Assembly (NCBI GenBank): GCA_963772955.1
Contig: CAVYZF010000011.1
Coordinates: 187,025 to 251,024 of the forward strand
Direction: 5' to 3'
DNA length: 64,000 bases
From: an uncultured Acidobacteriota bacterium
GTDB lineage: Bacteria > Acidobacteriota > Vicinamibacteria > Vicinamibacterales > UBA2999
Part shown: one piece after another, positions 1-9,104 of the stretch
Layout of the letters: every line of letters starts with the position of its first letter
Numbering within the stretch: the stretch's first letter is position 1
Notes under the pieces: generated by a model
The model's input: only the letters and a program-made list of their open reading frames with translations
Databases searched by the model: none
Told to the model about the DNA's origin: nothing
Position numbers and translations under genes: made by a program

Positions 1-1
1 G

Positions 2-1918
2 ACGGAGGTAAGTCGACTTGCCGCCCATGTTCGGTCCCGTCAGCACCACGAGCTGCCGGGTCGATCCGTTGAGATCGATGTCGTTGGGCACGAACTGATC
101 GGCGAAGCGCTCGACGACCGGGTGGCGCCCATCGACCACAACGAACTCGTCGCCCTCATGAAGATGAGGCTTGGTGTAGTTGGCGATCGCGGCCGTCTCG
201 GCGAGGCCGGCCAGGACATCGAGCGTGGCGAGGGCGCGCGCCGTGTCCTGGACCCTCGCGGCTTCCGCCGCAACGCTCGACCGCAGCGCCTCGAAGATCT
301 CGAGCTCACGCGCGAGGATGCGCTCATCCGCGCCGAGCACCTTCTCTTCGTATTCCTTGAGTGCCGGTGTGGTGAAGCGCTCGCCGCCGGCGATCGTCTG
401 CTTGCGCAGGTAGTCGCTGGGAACGAGGTGCAGGTTCGACTTCGAGATCTCGATGTAGTAGCCGAAGACCCGGTTGAAGCGCACTTTGAGCGATGCGATG
501 CCGGTGCGCGCCCGCTCCTGCTCCTCCATCTCGGCGATGACCTGCCGCCCCGACCGGCTGATCGCTTTCAGCTCGTCGAGCGCCGGGTCGACACCGTCGC
601 GTGTGAAGCCGCCCTCACGGAGGATGGCCGGAGGCTCGTCGAGCAGCGTTCGCTCGATCAATGCGCGCACGTCAGCGAGGTCGTCGAGCTCGGCCAGCAG
701 GCTGCGCATCAGCGGAGCCTCGCACTGGTCGAGCAGCATCTTGATGCGAGGCATGGCGTCCAATGACTGCCGCAACGAGACGAGCTCGCGCGGGCCGGCG
801 GTGCCAAGCGCGATGCGGCCGATCAGGCGCTCGAGATCGTGAACGCTCTTCAGCGTCTCGCGAAACTTGCCGCGCTCCATGGAGCGGAATCCGAGCTCTT
901 CGACCGCGTCGAGTCGATCGCGGATGCGCTCCAGCGCACACAGGGGGCGGAGCAGCCACGCGCGCAGCAGGCGCCCGCCCATCGACGTGATCGTCCGATC
1001 GATCTCATGCAGGAGCGATCCCTGCGGCCCGCCTTCGCTGCCGACGACGACTTCGAGGTGTTTGAGCGTGATCGGGTCGATGGTCAGGCTGTCGCTGTTC
1101 GCGCGATAGCTGATCGCGCGGACGTGGGCGAGGTCGGCCTTCTGCGTGTCTCGTAGATAGCTGACCAGCGCGCCGGCGGCCTGAATCGCGGTCTGCCGGC
1201 CTTCGAGCCCGAAGCCCTCGAGACCGTGAGTCTTGAGCTGATCGAGCAGGGCGCGCCGCGCGGATTCCGGTTCGAAGCTCCATCCTTCGGCCGGCGTGAC
1301 CGCGGGCTCGACGCCCGTCAACGCCACGATGCGTTCGACGATCGTTGGCTTCTGCTGATCCGCTGAGACGACGATCTCCCGGGGCCGCAGAACGGCTACT
1401 TCGTCCGCCAGCGCTTCGAGTCCGGCGGCGCCCTGGTATTCGGCCACGCTGAACTCGCCCGTCGACAGGTCGATCAGCGCCGCGCCGAACACCTCGTCCT
1501 TCGAACCGGAGGTGGCGATCGCCATCAGGAATGCGGGCTCGCGCGCCTCGAGGTAGCTGCTGTCGGTGAGCGTGCCGGGTGAGACGACGCGGACGACTTC
1601 GCGACGGACGAGCCCTTTGGCCTTCTTCGGGTCCTCGACCTGCTCGCAGATCGCGACGCGAAAGCCTTTCTTGACGAGCCGTGCGATGTATCCGTCCCCC
1701 GCGTGGAAGGGAACGCCGCACATCGGGATGCCGTTCCCGCCCGCATCCTTTGAGCGTGACGTGAGCGTCAACTCGAGCGCGCGCGCCGCCACGAGCGCGT
1801 CCTCGTAGAACATCTCGTAGAAATCGCCCATTCGAAAGAACACGATCGCATCGCGGTACTGACGCTTGGCGTCGAGGTACTGACGCATCGCGGGCGTGAC
1901 GGTGGCGCTTGACGGCAT
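2..1918 (-). CDS. mutS: DNA mismatch repair protein MutS (N-terminal ~639 codons; 3' end runs off the window start)
   Basis: Absent from the ORF track because it is open at the window edge. Manual minus-strand translation from ATG (rc of 1916-1918) gives MPSSATVTPAMRQYLDAKRQYRDAIVFFRMGDFYEMFYEDA. The codons at the edge read VVLTGPNMGGKSTYLR, the MutS Walker A motif. Confidence 0.93.
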   Translation of the reverse strand, partial: MPSSATVTPAMRQYLDAKRQYRDAIVFFRMGDFYEMFYEDALVAARALELTLTSRSKDAGGNGIPMCGVPFHAGDGYIARLVKKGFRVAICEQVEDPKKAKGLVRREVVRVVSPGTLTDSSYLEAREPAFLMAIATSGSKDEVFGAALIDLSTGEFSVAEYQGAAGLEALADEVAVLRPREIVVSADQQKPTIVERIVALTGVEPAVTPAEGWSFEPESARRALLDQLKTHGLEGFGLEGRQTAIQAAGALVSYLRDTQKADLAHVRAISYRANSDSLTIDPITLKHLEVVVGSEGGPQGSLLHEIDRTITSMGGRLLRAWLLRPLCALERIRDRLDAVEELGFRSMERGKFRETLKSVHDLERLIGRIALGTAGPRELVSLRQSLDAMPRIKMLLDQCEAPLMRSLLAELDDLADVRALIERTLLDEPPAILREGGFTRDGVDPALDELKAISRSGRQVIAEMEEQERARTGIASLKVRFNRVFGYYIEISKSNLHLVPSDYLRKQTIAGGERFTTPALKEYEEKVLGADERILARELEIFEALRSSVAAEAARVQDTARALATLDVLAGLAETAAIANYTKPHLHEGDEFVVVDGRHPVVERFADQFVPNDIDLNGSTRQLVVLTGPNMGGKSTYLR

Positions 1919-1940
1919 GGACTCGCACTATTATCCATCC

Positions 1941-2624
1941 ATGGTCGTCCTCGCCCTCGACACCACGACGCCAGCGGGCAGCTGTGCGCTCGCGGTCGAC
2001 GGAATCGTCGTACGGGAAGAGGCCAGCGACGTGTCGCTTCCACCCGCCACGCGTCTGCCTCTCGACCTGATGATGCTCCTCGAGCACAGCGGTGTCGTGC
2101 TCGCTGCGGTCGACGTGTTCGCAGTCGCAACCGGGCCTGGCTCCTTCACCGGCCTGCGCATCGGCATCTCGACGATGCAGGGGCTGGCGTTTGCGGCAGG
2201 GAAACCGTTGGTTGGCGTGTCGGGGCTCGACGCGTTGGCGCGCGTGGCCGATCGGGAGGCTGATGGCCGTCGCATCGCGACCTGGGTCGATGCGTGGCGC
2301 GGGGAGGTATACGCAGCGCTCTACCTGGGCGGACGCGAGATAGAGCCGCCCGTCGTTGCGAAGCCGGACGCCGTGCTCGAGCGGCTCGCGCTACAACCGA
2401 CGCTCTTCATCGGCGATGGCACGCGAGCGCACCGCGACTCCATCCAGCGACGTATGAGCGGGGATGTGGTCGCTGCGATTCCAACGCCACTCCTCTCAGG
2501 AGCAATCGCGATCATAGCAAGCGAGGTTGCCGCCGAGGGCGTGTCCGCTCCGCCGCACGCGATCCGCCCGTTGTATGTCCGACGGACGGATGCCGAACTC
2601 GCCAGAGACTCGCGTGCCGTCTAA
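1941..2624 (+). CDS. tsaB: tRNA t6A biosynthesis protein TsaB (YeaZ family)
   Basis: ORF 1896..2624. It has the MVVLALDTTTPAGSCALAV N-terminus and the GPGSFTGLRIG motif typical of TsaB. I moved the start to ATG 1941 because earlier starts overlap the divergent mutS start. Confidence 0.85.
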   Translation: MVVLALDTTTPAGSCALAVDGIVVREEASDVSLPPATRLPLDLMMLLEHSGVVLAAVDVFAVATGPGSFTGLRIGISTMQGLAFAAGKPLVGVSGLDALARVADREADGRRIATWVDAWRGEVYAALYLGGREIEPPVVAKPDAVLERLALQPTLFIGDGTRAHRDSIQRRMSGDVVAAIPTPLLSGAIAIIASEVAAEGVSAPPHAIRPLYVRRTDAELARDSRAV

Positions 2625-3081
2625 TCGCACTCCGGCGTACTGGATCGATCGGCTGGACGGCGATCAGGATCTCAATGGCGTCCTGTTCGTGGAATCAGAG
2701 TCGTTTACCAATCCGTGGACGAGGGAGATGTACGCGTGGGAGCTGCAGAACCGCGCCGTGTGCCACATCTACGTCGTTCGTACGGCCGAGCGACCTGTCG
2801 TCGGCTTCTGCGCCTTCTGGCTCGTCGTCGATGAGATCCACATCAACAACGTCGCGGTACTTCCAGACCTGCGAGGGCAGGGCATCGGCAGAGTGCTGAT
2901 GCAGCGCGTGTTCGATGAGGCGCGTCTGCTGGGCGCGCGGCGCGCGACGCTCGAGGTCCGCGCGTCAAACGATGGCGCACGGCGGCTCTATGAACGCCTG
3001 GGGTTTTACATTGCGGGAACGCGACGCGACTATTACACGAACCCGGTCGAGGATGCGCTCATCCTCTGGCGTGACAGCTAG
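2614..3081 (+). CDS. rimI: ribosomal-protein-alanine N-acetyltransferase RimI (GNAT)
   Basis: ORF 2527..3081. It has the GNAT acetyl-CoA motif LRGQGIGRVLM and RRLYERLGFYIAGTRRDYY. The tsaB-rimI pairing is conserved. The start is uncertain (GTG 2614, ATG 2575 or ATG 2590). Confidence 0.8.
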   Translation: MPSNRTPAYWIDRLDGDQDLNGVLFVESESFTNPWTREMYAWELQNRAVCHIYVVRTAERPVVGFCAFWLVVDEIHINNVAVLPDLRGQGIGRVLMQRVFDEARLLGARRATLEVRASNDGARRLYERLGFYIAGTRRDYYTNPVEDALILWRDS

Positions 3082-3217
3082 GACAAGCTATTGATGAAAT
3101 TGAGTTTAGCGCTCACGGGTTTTCCGGATTGAGCGAGGGGGGCGGCTATGTTACCTTCATGTGGACGTCTGTAACGTCGATGTCTACGTCCTTCTTCATG
3201 AAAGGAGGGTGCGGCCT

Positions 3218-3460
3218 ATGAGCGCAGCAGAAGCGCAGGAGGTAAAGAGCCTCTTGCTCCGAAGCAACGACCACTACCGCCAGCTGTCAGATCGGCACCA
3301 CGAGCTGGACGATCGGTTACACCAACTCACCGAACTCCCTTACCTCACCGCCTCAGAGCAAGTCGAAGAAGTAACCCTCAAGAAACGAAAACTCGCCCTC
3401 AAAGATCAGATGGAGCAGATGGCGCTCGAGTACGCCAAGTCCCGCTTTAGAGCCTCCTGA
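3218..3460 (+). CDS. small DUF465 (YdcH-like) coiled-coil protein
   Basis: ORF 3161..3460. ATG 3218 is preceded by AAAGGAGG at 3201-3208. The HHELDDRLHQL...LKKRKLALKDQM pattern fits the YdcH family. Confidence 0.7.
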   Translation: MSAAEAQEVKSLLLRSNDHYRQLSDRHHELDDRLHQLTELPYLTASEQVEEVTLKKRKLALKDQMEQMALEYAKSRFRAS

Positions 3461-3563
3461 CCCTCGCTTGGGAAACCGGGTTTAGCTTCCGCTGTGAAAG
3501 AGCCTGGAAACTGGACCCGGTTTCTACTTCTGCCTCGTCCGGCCATAAGCTGGACACGACCTT

Positions 3564-4217
3564 ATGCGAATCGACCCTGCCGGTTGGCCCTTCGTCATCG
3601 GGGCCTTGGTGATCACTGCACTCATCTGGTTGCTCACGGGCCCCATCATTGGCATGCCGCTGCTGTTGCTCTCCGGGTTTCTCCTGTTCTTCTTCCGCGA
3701 TCCTGACCGCGTCCACAACGAGCCGCCGTCGGCGGTGATATCACCCGCGGACGGCAAGGTTATGGTCGCTGGTGCACCTACGGGCGAGGCGACGCCGCCG
3801 GGACGCTGGCAGCAAATCAGCATCTTCCTGTCGCCGATGAACGTGCATGTGAATCGCATCCCGGTCAGTGGGCGCGTGACTCGTGTGGAGTATCATCCGG
3901 GTCGATTCCTCCCGGCGTACAAGAAGGAATCTGGTGACCTGAACGAGCGCTCGGAGGTCACCATCGATCACGGAGGCCAGCCGATCGTCGTTCGCCAGAT
4001 CGTCGGCGTCCTCGCGCGACGAGTCGTGTGCCGGACTCGGGAAGGCGCCGAGGTGAAGGCCGGGGAGCGCTTCGGGGTCATGAAGTTTGGCTCGCGGATG
4101 GACGTTTTTGTCCCGCTCGATGCCACGATTCATGTTCGTGTCGGCGAAACGGTGGTTGGCGGGGTGACTGTGATCGCCGCGCTCACGTCGCCGGCATCAA
4201 CGGACGATAAGAGTTAA
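3564..4217 (+). CDS. psd: phosphatidylserine decarboxylase proenzyme (short, archaeal-type Psd)
   Basis: 217-aa ORF with N-terminal TM helices and a FGSRMDVFVP region containing the G-S self-cleavage site. It is followed directly by pssA. Confidence 0.85.
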   Translation: MRIDPAGWPFVIGALVITALIWLLTGPIIGMPLLLLSGFLLFFFRDPDRVHNEPPSAVISPADGKVMVAGAPTGEATPPGRWQQISIFLSPMNVHVNRIPVSGRVTRVEYHPGRFLPAYKKESGDLNERSEVTIDHGGQPIVVRQIVGVLARRVVCRTREGAEVKAGERFGVMKFGSRMDVFVPLDATIHVRVGETVVGGVTVIAALTSPASTDDKS

Positions 4218-4232
4218 GAGGAAAGGCGCGCG

Positions 4233-5069
4233 ATGCACTCAGAAGACGAGCATGGGCACCGTCGCACACTCTTGAGGTTACGACCGCTGAAGTCGCGCGC
4301 CGCTCGAGCTCAGCGTTTCCGCCGCGGTGTCTATCTGCTGCCGAGCGCGTTCACCATGGCGAACATGTTCTGTGGCTACGCGTGCATCGTCCACGCGATG
4401 CGCGGGGAGCTGGCCACGGCAGCGCTCTTCATCGGCTTCGCATTCGTCCTCGACATGCTCGACGGGCGGATCGCGCGCATGACCGGTACCACGAGCGCGT
4501 TCGGCGTCGAGTTCGACTCGCTGGCCGATGTGATCTCGTTCGGGGTCGCGCCGGCAATCCTGTCATTCAAGTGGGGACTGGAGCCGCTCGGTCAGATCGG
4601 ATGGGCCGCAGGGTTTCTGTTCGTGTCCGCCGCAGCCGTGAGACTGGCTCGCTTCAACATTCAGGCAGGGACGCAGGACAAGCGTTACTTCGTCGGGCTG
4701 CCGAGTCCCGCCGCCGCGTGCGTGCCGGCGGCGACGGTGTTCGCGTATCCGGCCGGGTTCCAGGGATATTTCGAGGCGTGGCCGGTGCTGAGCATGGTGA
4801 TCGTGCCCGCACTCCTGATGGTCAGCACGATTCGGTATCGCAGCTTCAAGTCACTCGATCTTCAGGTGCGCCGCAGCTATCCAGTACTCTTCCTGCTGGC
4901 GCTTGGTCTAGCCGCGCTTGCGGCGTCGCCGCGGTTCCTTCTGCTCGCCATGGCGTACACGTATCTGGCTTCCGCGTTTATTGGTCTCGCCTGGCACCGG
5001 CTTCGCCGCAAGCCACCGCAAAAGGACGAGAGCGCCGACGGCCAGGGTCTACGCGCGGAAACCAGGTAG
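4233..5069 (+). CDS. pssA: CDP-diacylglycerol--serine O-phosphatidyltransferase
   Basis: 278-aa multi-TM ORF with the CDP-alcohol phosphatidyltransferase motif DMLDGRIARMTGTTSAFGVEFDSLADVISFG. Confidence 0.88.
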   Translation: MHSEDEHGHRRTLLRLRPLKSRAARAQRFRRGVYLLPSAFTMANMFCGYACIVHAMRGELATAALFIGFAFVLDMLDGRIARMTGTTSAFGVEFDSLADVISFGVAPAILSFKWGLEPLGQIGWAAGFLFVSAAAVRLARFNIQAGTQDKRYFVGLPSPAAACVPAATVFAYPAGFQGYFEAWPVLSMVIVPALLMVSTIRYRSFKSLDLQVRRSYPVLFLLALGLAALAASPRFLLLAMAYTYLASAFIGLAWHRLRRKPPQKDESADGQGLRAETR

Positions 5070-8000
5070 GGCGATCTCTACGGTCGTTCCGCGATCGCGA
5101 GCGCTCTGCACGGCGATCGTGCCGCCGCTCAACTCCACATTCCGCTTCGCAATCGGCAGCCCGAGCCCTGTTCCGCTCGCCTTCGTCGAGAAGTACGGCT
5201 CGAAGGCGCGCGCCAGGGCTTCGTCGTCCATGCCCACACCCGTGTCGGACACGCGAATGCGCACGCGGCCGTTCTCTTCGCGCGCTGATACACCGAGCGT
5301 CCCCGAGCTGGGCATCGCGTGCAGCGCGTTCTCCACGATGTTGGTGATCGAGCGCGCGATCAGGGTGCGATCGACAAAGACCGCGGGCAGCGTCGAAGGA
5401 ATCGTCACGTCGAGCTGAATGCGACCGTCGAGACCGGCGCGGTACGGATCGACGATCTCGTGGAGCAGCGCGCCGACGTCCACTTCGGCAGGCTTGGCCG
5501 TGGGTGACGAGGCGAAGCTCGAAAACTCCGAGGCGATCTGCCGGAGCAGCTTCACCTGCGCGAGGATCGTGGCGACACAGTCCTGAAGCACCGGGCTCAG
5601 CGGCTCGCCACGGTCGGCGTGCACGCGGCGCAAGTGCTCGGCGTTGAGCTGAATCGGCGTCAGCGGGTTCTTGATCTCGTGCGCCACCTGGCGCGCCATC
5701 TCGGCCCAGGCTTCGAGGCGGTTGGTGCGCTCGAGTTCTCCGCGCTGACGTTGCAGATCGGCGGCCATACTGTTGAACGCCTCGACGAGGCGCCGCAGTT
5801 CGTCTGAGGACGTGGCAGCGATGCGCGCGTCGAGATCACCGCGGGCGATCCTCTGTGTGGCGCGGGTCAAACGGTTCACCGGATCTGAGATCCGTTCCGC
5901 CATCCTGTAGCCGAGGCCGGCGCCGGCAAGGATGAACAGCAGGGCGGCGAGGAGCGCGCGCCGGTCGAGTGAGTCGAGCTGCTCGTCGATGTCGCGCTGG
6001 CGCGACGTCAGCGGCACGGTGAGGATACCGAGTTGCCGGGCAGCGAGCGGAGTGGCGGCGACGAGGTACTCGAAGTCACCGATCCGCTCGCGCGTGACCG
6101 AGGCTGCTTCGTTGCGCAAGGCGAGCGCATGGTAGACGTCGGCGTCGACTCGGGTTGGCAGCAAACCAGATGCAAAGAGGTTGCGTTCGCTCGTGGCCAG
6201 CAGCCGCGCCCCGACGAACATGTTGACGTCCTGATCGATCAGGCGGCTGACCCAGACCATCAGGTTGTCGTCGACACCGAGGCCCAATTGCTCCGCCCGC
6301 GGAGCGGCGAGATCGGCGACGACACGCCCAGCCGCCGATGCCGTGCGTATAGCCTCCTGCTCGATGCTCGCTTCCATCTGGGCCGCCACGTAGTTCCGTG
6401 TCACGAGCACCAGCGCCACGACTGGGACGAAGACCGCAGCGACGAAAGCCAGAAACAGCTTGCGATAGAAGCTCGCACGCAATTCGCGAAGCAGCGCCGA
6501 GCCCCCAAGCTTGCGCCGGCTCAGGACCTTGAAGATCGCGTTTGCCGCGAGGAGCAGCACGTAGACGAGGACGGCGAGCACTGTGATTTCAGCCAGGTTG
6601 ACCAGGTGATCGAGCGGCGGAATCACCGGGAACCCGAGGGCGTAGATGCCGCCGCGGTCGTTCAGCAGGTAGACGTCATAGCGCTGCTGGCCGCGAAACA
6701 GCTGTGCCCAGACTTCCGCACGGGACTCTTCGACATGTGCGAACAGTTCGTCTGAGAGCGGCCATGCCGTCGAGGCATCCGAGTAGAGCGGCGAACGGCT
6801 CCATCCGTAGACGGCAAACTCCACGTCGCGGCCCGTGAGACCTTCTCCTTGCAGTCGATCAGGAGGCAACAGCAGCTCGACGTATGGGTTTCTCGACGAG
6901 ATGAACGGGAGGTTGCCGTAGTCATCGGGAAGCGCATGGACGACGATCGAACCAAGGGGTGGAGCGTTCGGCTCGCTCGAACAGAACGCACGGCCGGCGT
7001 GGAGGATGCGGCGCTCTTCGGCGAAGAACGGGGCGACCTCTTCGTAGAGATCCCAGTCGCAGGATCGCTCCTCGGACGTCGGCGGCGCTGTCAGATCCTC
7101 TGGCAGGTTGAACGCGAACCGGCTCACGAGTTTGCCGTCGGGCCCGTAGAGTTCCACCGACGAGGTGATCGGATAACTCGCGAGGGCAGTCGTCTGCCAG
7201 ACCTGAAACGCCTGATCGGTCAAAACCTCAGTGTCCGCGCTGCCGCGTGCCGTGACGAGGTCAACGAGTTGTGGAAACGCGTCGATCTGACTGAGGCTCT
7301 GCTGCACCTGCATCTGAACGTTCTGGCGCAGGTTGCGCACCTGCGGTGCGTACGTCGCTTCCACGAAATCCTCTTTCGCGTCGCGTGCGAGTTGCACCAC
7401 GGTCGGATAGAACGCGAACGCCGGTGCGACCAGCGGCAGCGTCAGCAGCGTGAGGCGGAACGCCTGTGAGCCGTGACGATAGCGGGCGGCCAGCCGTCCA
7501 ACAGCGAGCGCGAGGACAAGGGCGCCTGCCATCGCGGCGAGCAATGGCAACGACCGTGAGACCGAGCGGCTCGCAAGCACTTGCCACGCGAGTGCGGGAA
7601 TTGTCCATGCTCCGAGCGTGGCGATCCACATCCCCCAGTCCCGGCGCGGCATGCGCCATCGAACGAGCGCCGCCCGGAGGACGACCACGGCGAGGCCGAT
7701 GGCGGCCGCGTGCGCCGTCAGCAGCGCCACCTGCATCGTCAGACGCGACCCTTCCCAGGGATGCAGTGAGAAGTGGAGAAGATCGATGCTCGTGTGCGTG
7801 ACCGTGTCGAGCAGCAGCGCGACATGGCCGAGCAGAATCCCTGCGACCAGGAAACCGGCGACGAGCTGAGTGATCAGGAACGGGATCGCCGCGTCGCTGA
7901 CGGCACGCCGATCCCGCCGCTCGTGCAGACGAACGGACTCGATCGCGAAGAGCAGCAGCGTCACGATCGCGAGCGCCGCGCCCGCGGTCAGCAGGAAGTC

Positions 8001-8984
8001 GAATGGCGACGTCAGGAGCGGCGGCAACAACGGTGAGGCGTACGGAATACCGGAGAAGACCGCGGCGTCGGACCAGTCGGCCGGTGAAGCCGCTCGCAGG
8101 ATGATACGAGCGACGACGATCGCCGCGCACAGCGAGACCAGTGCGGTGACGTACGGCCGCATTGTTCGCGCACGATTCCGCCAGTCGACGAGCGGACCGG
8201 TCAGCAGCAGCACCGCAACCGCGAGCACCGCAATGGCCACCGATTCGGTGGCCGCCTGCCAGCGGCTGCGCGTCGCGGCCAGATCCCCGGAATCGACCGT
8301 CGCCGTCAGCAGCCGGTTCCCGGCAGGATCCTCGATGGTGAACGTGGTAGCGCCGTCGGCGGTTGGTTCGCCCTCGTACTGGAGTTGCAACGAGACGTCC
8401 GCGATCCATGTCGGAAATCGGAAGGCGTCCGTGTCCTGTCCCTGAAGCCCGCCGACACGGCGGCCCCTCGCATCCAGCCCGAGGCTGAGCGGACGCTCGA
8501 CGGCCATCGTCGCCACGCGCGCGCCGTTGTCCATGACTGGTCGCACGTACATCAGGCGCAGCCCCGAAGCGCCGGGCGCAGCGAACCATGCTTCTTCACC
8601 CTGCAGACGATCCACAGGCAGGTCGCTCGGCCGACCCGCCCATGCGAGCGGTTCCCCGTCGCCGCCGTAGATCGTCAGCGCTGAATCGAAGGGCACGTCG
8701 TCAGTGACAACGGCCGATGTGCTCGTCAGGAGTCGCCTGACGGCGCTCGTATCACCGTCGAGGGCGTCGCGAATCGTGGAGAGGTCGCTCGTTTGTGCGG
8801 CCATGGCGCGAAGCCGGCGCGCCATGCGATCAAAGGCCGATCGCACCTCCGCCTCTACCCTCATCCGCATCCCCGCATCGTCCACGCCAAGCACGACACG
8901 CTGCACGATCCGTCCGGTCACCAGCACCAGTAGCGCGCACACGACGCCACCCATCGCGATGCGCAGAAGGCGGCGCCAGAGCAT
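5049..8984 (-). CDS. large multi-pass membrane sensor histidine kinase (NtrY-like HAMP-HisKA-HATPase C-terminus)
   Basis: ORF 5049..9461, trimmed to ATG 8984 (MLWRRLLRIAMGGVVCALLV) because the upstream part reads through intergenic repeats. It has the H-box HEIKNPLTPIQLNAEHL, the N-box ITNIVENALHAM and the G-boxes DTGVGMD / GTGLGLPI. About 900 aa of N-terminal sensor carry many hydrophobic helices. Confidence 0.88.
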   Translation of the reverse strand: MLWRRLLRIAMGGVVCALLVLVTGRIVQRVVLGVDDAGMRMRVEAEVRSAFDRMARRLRAMAAQTSDLSTIRDALDGDTSAVRRLLTSTSAVVTDDVPFDSALTIYGGDGEPLAWAGRPSDLPVDRLQGEEAWFAAPGASGLRLMYVRPVMDNGARVATMAVERPLSLGLDARGRRVGGLQGQDTDAFRFPTWIADVSLQLQYEGEPTADGATTFTIEDPAGNRLLTATVDSGDLAATRSRWQAATESVAIAVLAVAVLLLTGPLVDWRNRARTMRPYVTALVSLCAAIVVARIILRAASPADWSDAAVFSGIPYASPLLPPLLTSPFDFLLTAGAALAIVTLLLFAIESVRLHERRDRRAVSDAAIPFLITQLVAGFLVAGILLGHVALLLDTVTHTSIDLLHFSLHPWEGSRLTMQVALLTAHAAAIGLAVVVLRAALVRWRMPRRDWGMWIATLGAWTIPALAWQVLASRSVSRSLPLLAAMAGALVLALAVGRLAARYRHGSQAFRLTLLTLPLVAPAFAFYPTVVQLARDAKEDFVEATYAPQVRNLRQNVQMQVQQSLSQIDAFPQLVDLVTARGSADTEVLTDQAFQVWQTTALASYPITSSVELYGPDGKLVSRFAFNLPEDLTAPPTSEERSCDWDLYEEVAPFFAEERRILHAGRAFCSSEPNAPPLGSIVVHALPDDYGNLPFISSRNPYVELLLPPDRLQGEGLTGRDVEFAVYGWSRSPLYSDASTAWPLSDELFAHVEESRAEVWAQLFRGQQRYDVYLLNDRGGIYALGFPVIPPLDHLVNLAEITVLAVLVYVLLLAANAIFKVLSRRKLGGSALLRELRASFYRKLFLAFVAAVFVPVVALVLVTRNYVAAQMEASIEQEAIRTASAAGRVVADLAAPRAEQLGLGVDDNLMVWVSRLIDQDVNMFVGARLLATSERNLFASGLLPTRVDADVYHALALRNEAASVTRERIGDFEYLVAATPLAARQLGILTVPLTSRQRDIDEQLDSLDRRALLAALLFILAGAGLGYRMAERISDPVNRLTRATQRIARGDLDARIAATSSDELRRLVEAFNSMAADLQRQRGELERTNRLEAWAEMARQVAHEIKNPLTPIQLNAEHLRRVHADRGEPLSPVLQDCVATILAQVKLLRQIASEFSSFASSPTAKPAEVDVGALLHEIVDPYRAGLDGRIQLDVTIPSTLPAVFVDRTLIARSITNIVENALHAMPSSGTLGVSAREENGRVRIRVSDTGVGMDDEALARAFEPYFSTKASGTGLGLPIAKRNVELSGGTIAVQSARDRGTTVEIALPGFRA

Positions 8985-8990
8985 GCACAC

Positions 8991-9083
8991 ATTGTAGATT
9001 TCAGATTGTTGATTGGGGTGAGTTTGTGATGGCTGATTGTTGATTGGTGGCGGTTGAGCCTCTGGGAGTTGGGAGTTGATCAG
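8991..9083. repeat. C-poor tandem heptamer tract (TGATTGT/TGATTGG and TGGGAGT units)
   Basis: A 7-nt periodicity runs across the divergent kinase / membrane-protein intergenic region. TGATTGTTGATTGG lies at 9034-9047, with a near copy AGATTGTTGATTGG at 9003-9016. TGGGAGT-TGGGAGT-TGATCAG lies at 9063-9083. Confidence 0.8.
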
Positions 9084-9104
9084 GAGTACCATTGATCGAC
9101 GCCA

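Noticed and set aside
1005-2087. Long Arg/Ala/Gly-rich ORFs antisense to, or out of frame with, recognisable genes. Examples: 1005..2087(-), 4382..5347(+), 7261..8589(-), 16652..17827(-), 23811..24674(+), 28235..29392(-), 59314..60537(+).
   Set aside because: These are typical shadow ORFs of GC-rich DNA. They have a strongly biased R/A/G/P composition and no recognisable motifs. Each overlaps a gene with clear family signatures in another frame.
3472-3524. A 10-bp inverted repeat, GAAACCGGGT ... ACCCGGTTTC, after the DUF465 gene.
   Set aside because: The 33-nt loop and the lack of a U-tract make an intrinsic terminator doubtful. It may be a weak structural element, but I cannot support a call.
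4988-5006. Sigma-54 -24-like TGGCAC hits, for example at 4990 (TGGCACCGGCTTCGC), 62152 and 58975.
   Set aside because: None has a properly spaced -12 TTGC element, and all lie inside coding regions in unsuitable positions or orientations.
5049-5069. A 21-bp overlap of the convergent pssA and histidine-kinase 3' ends.
   Set aside because: Short convergent overlaps are common in compact GC-rich genomes. Both C-termini look plausible, and nothing suggests antisense regulation beyond the overlap itself.
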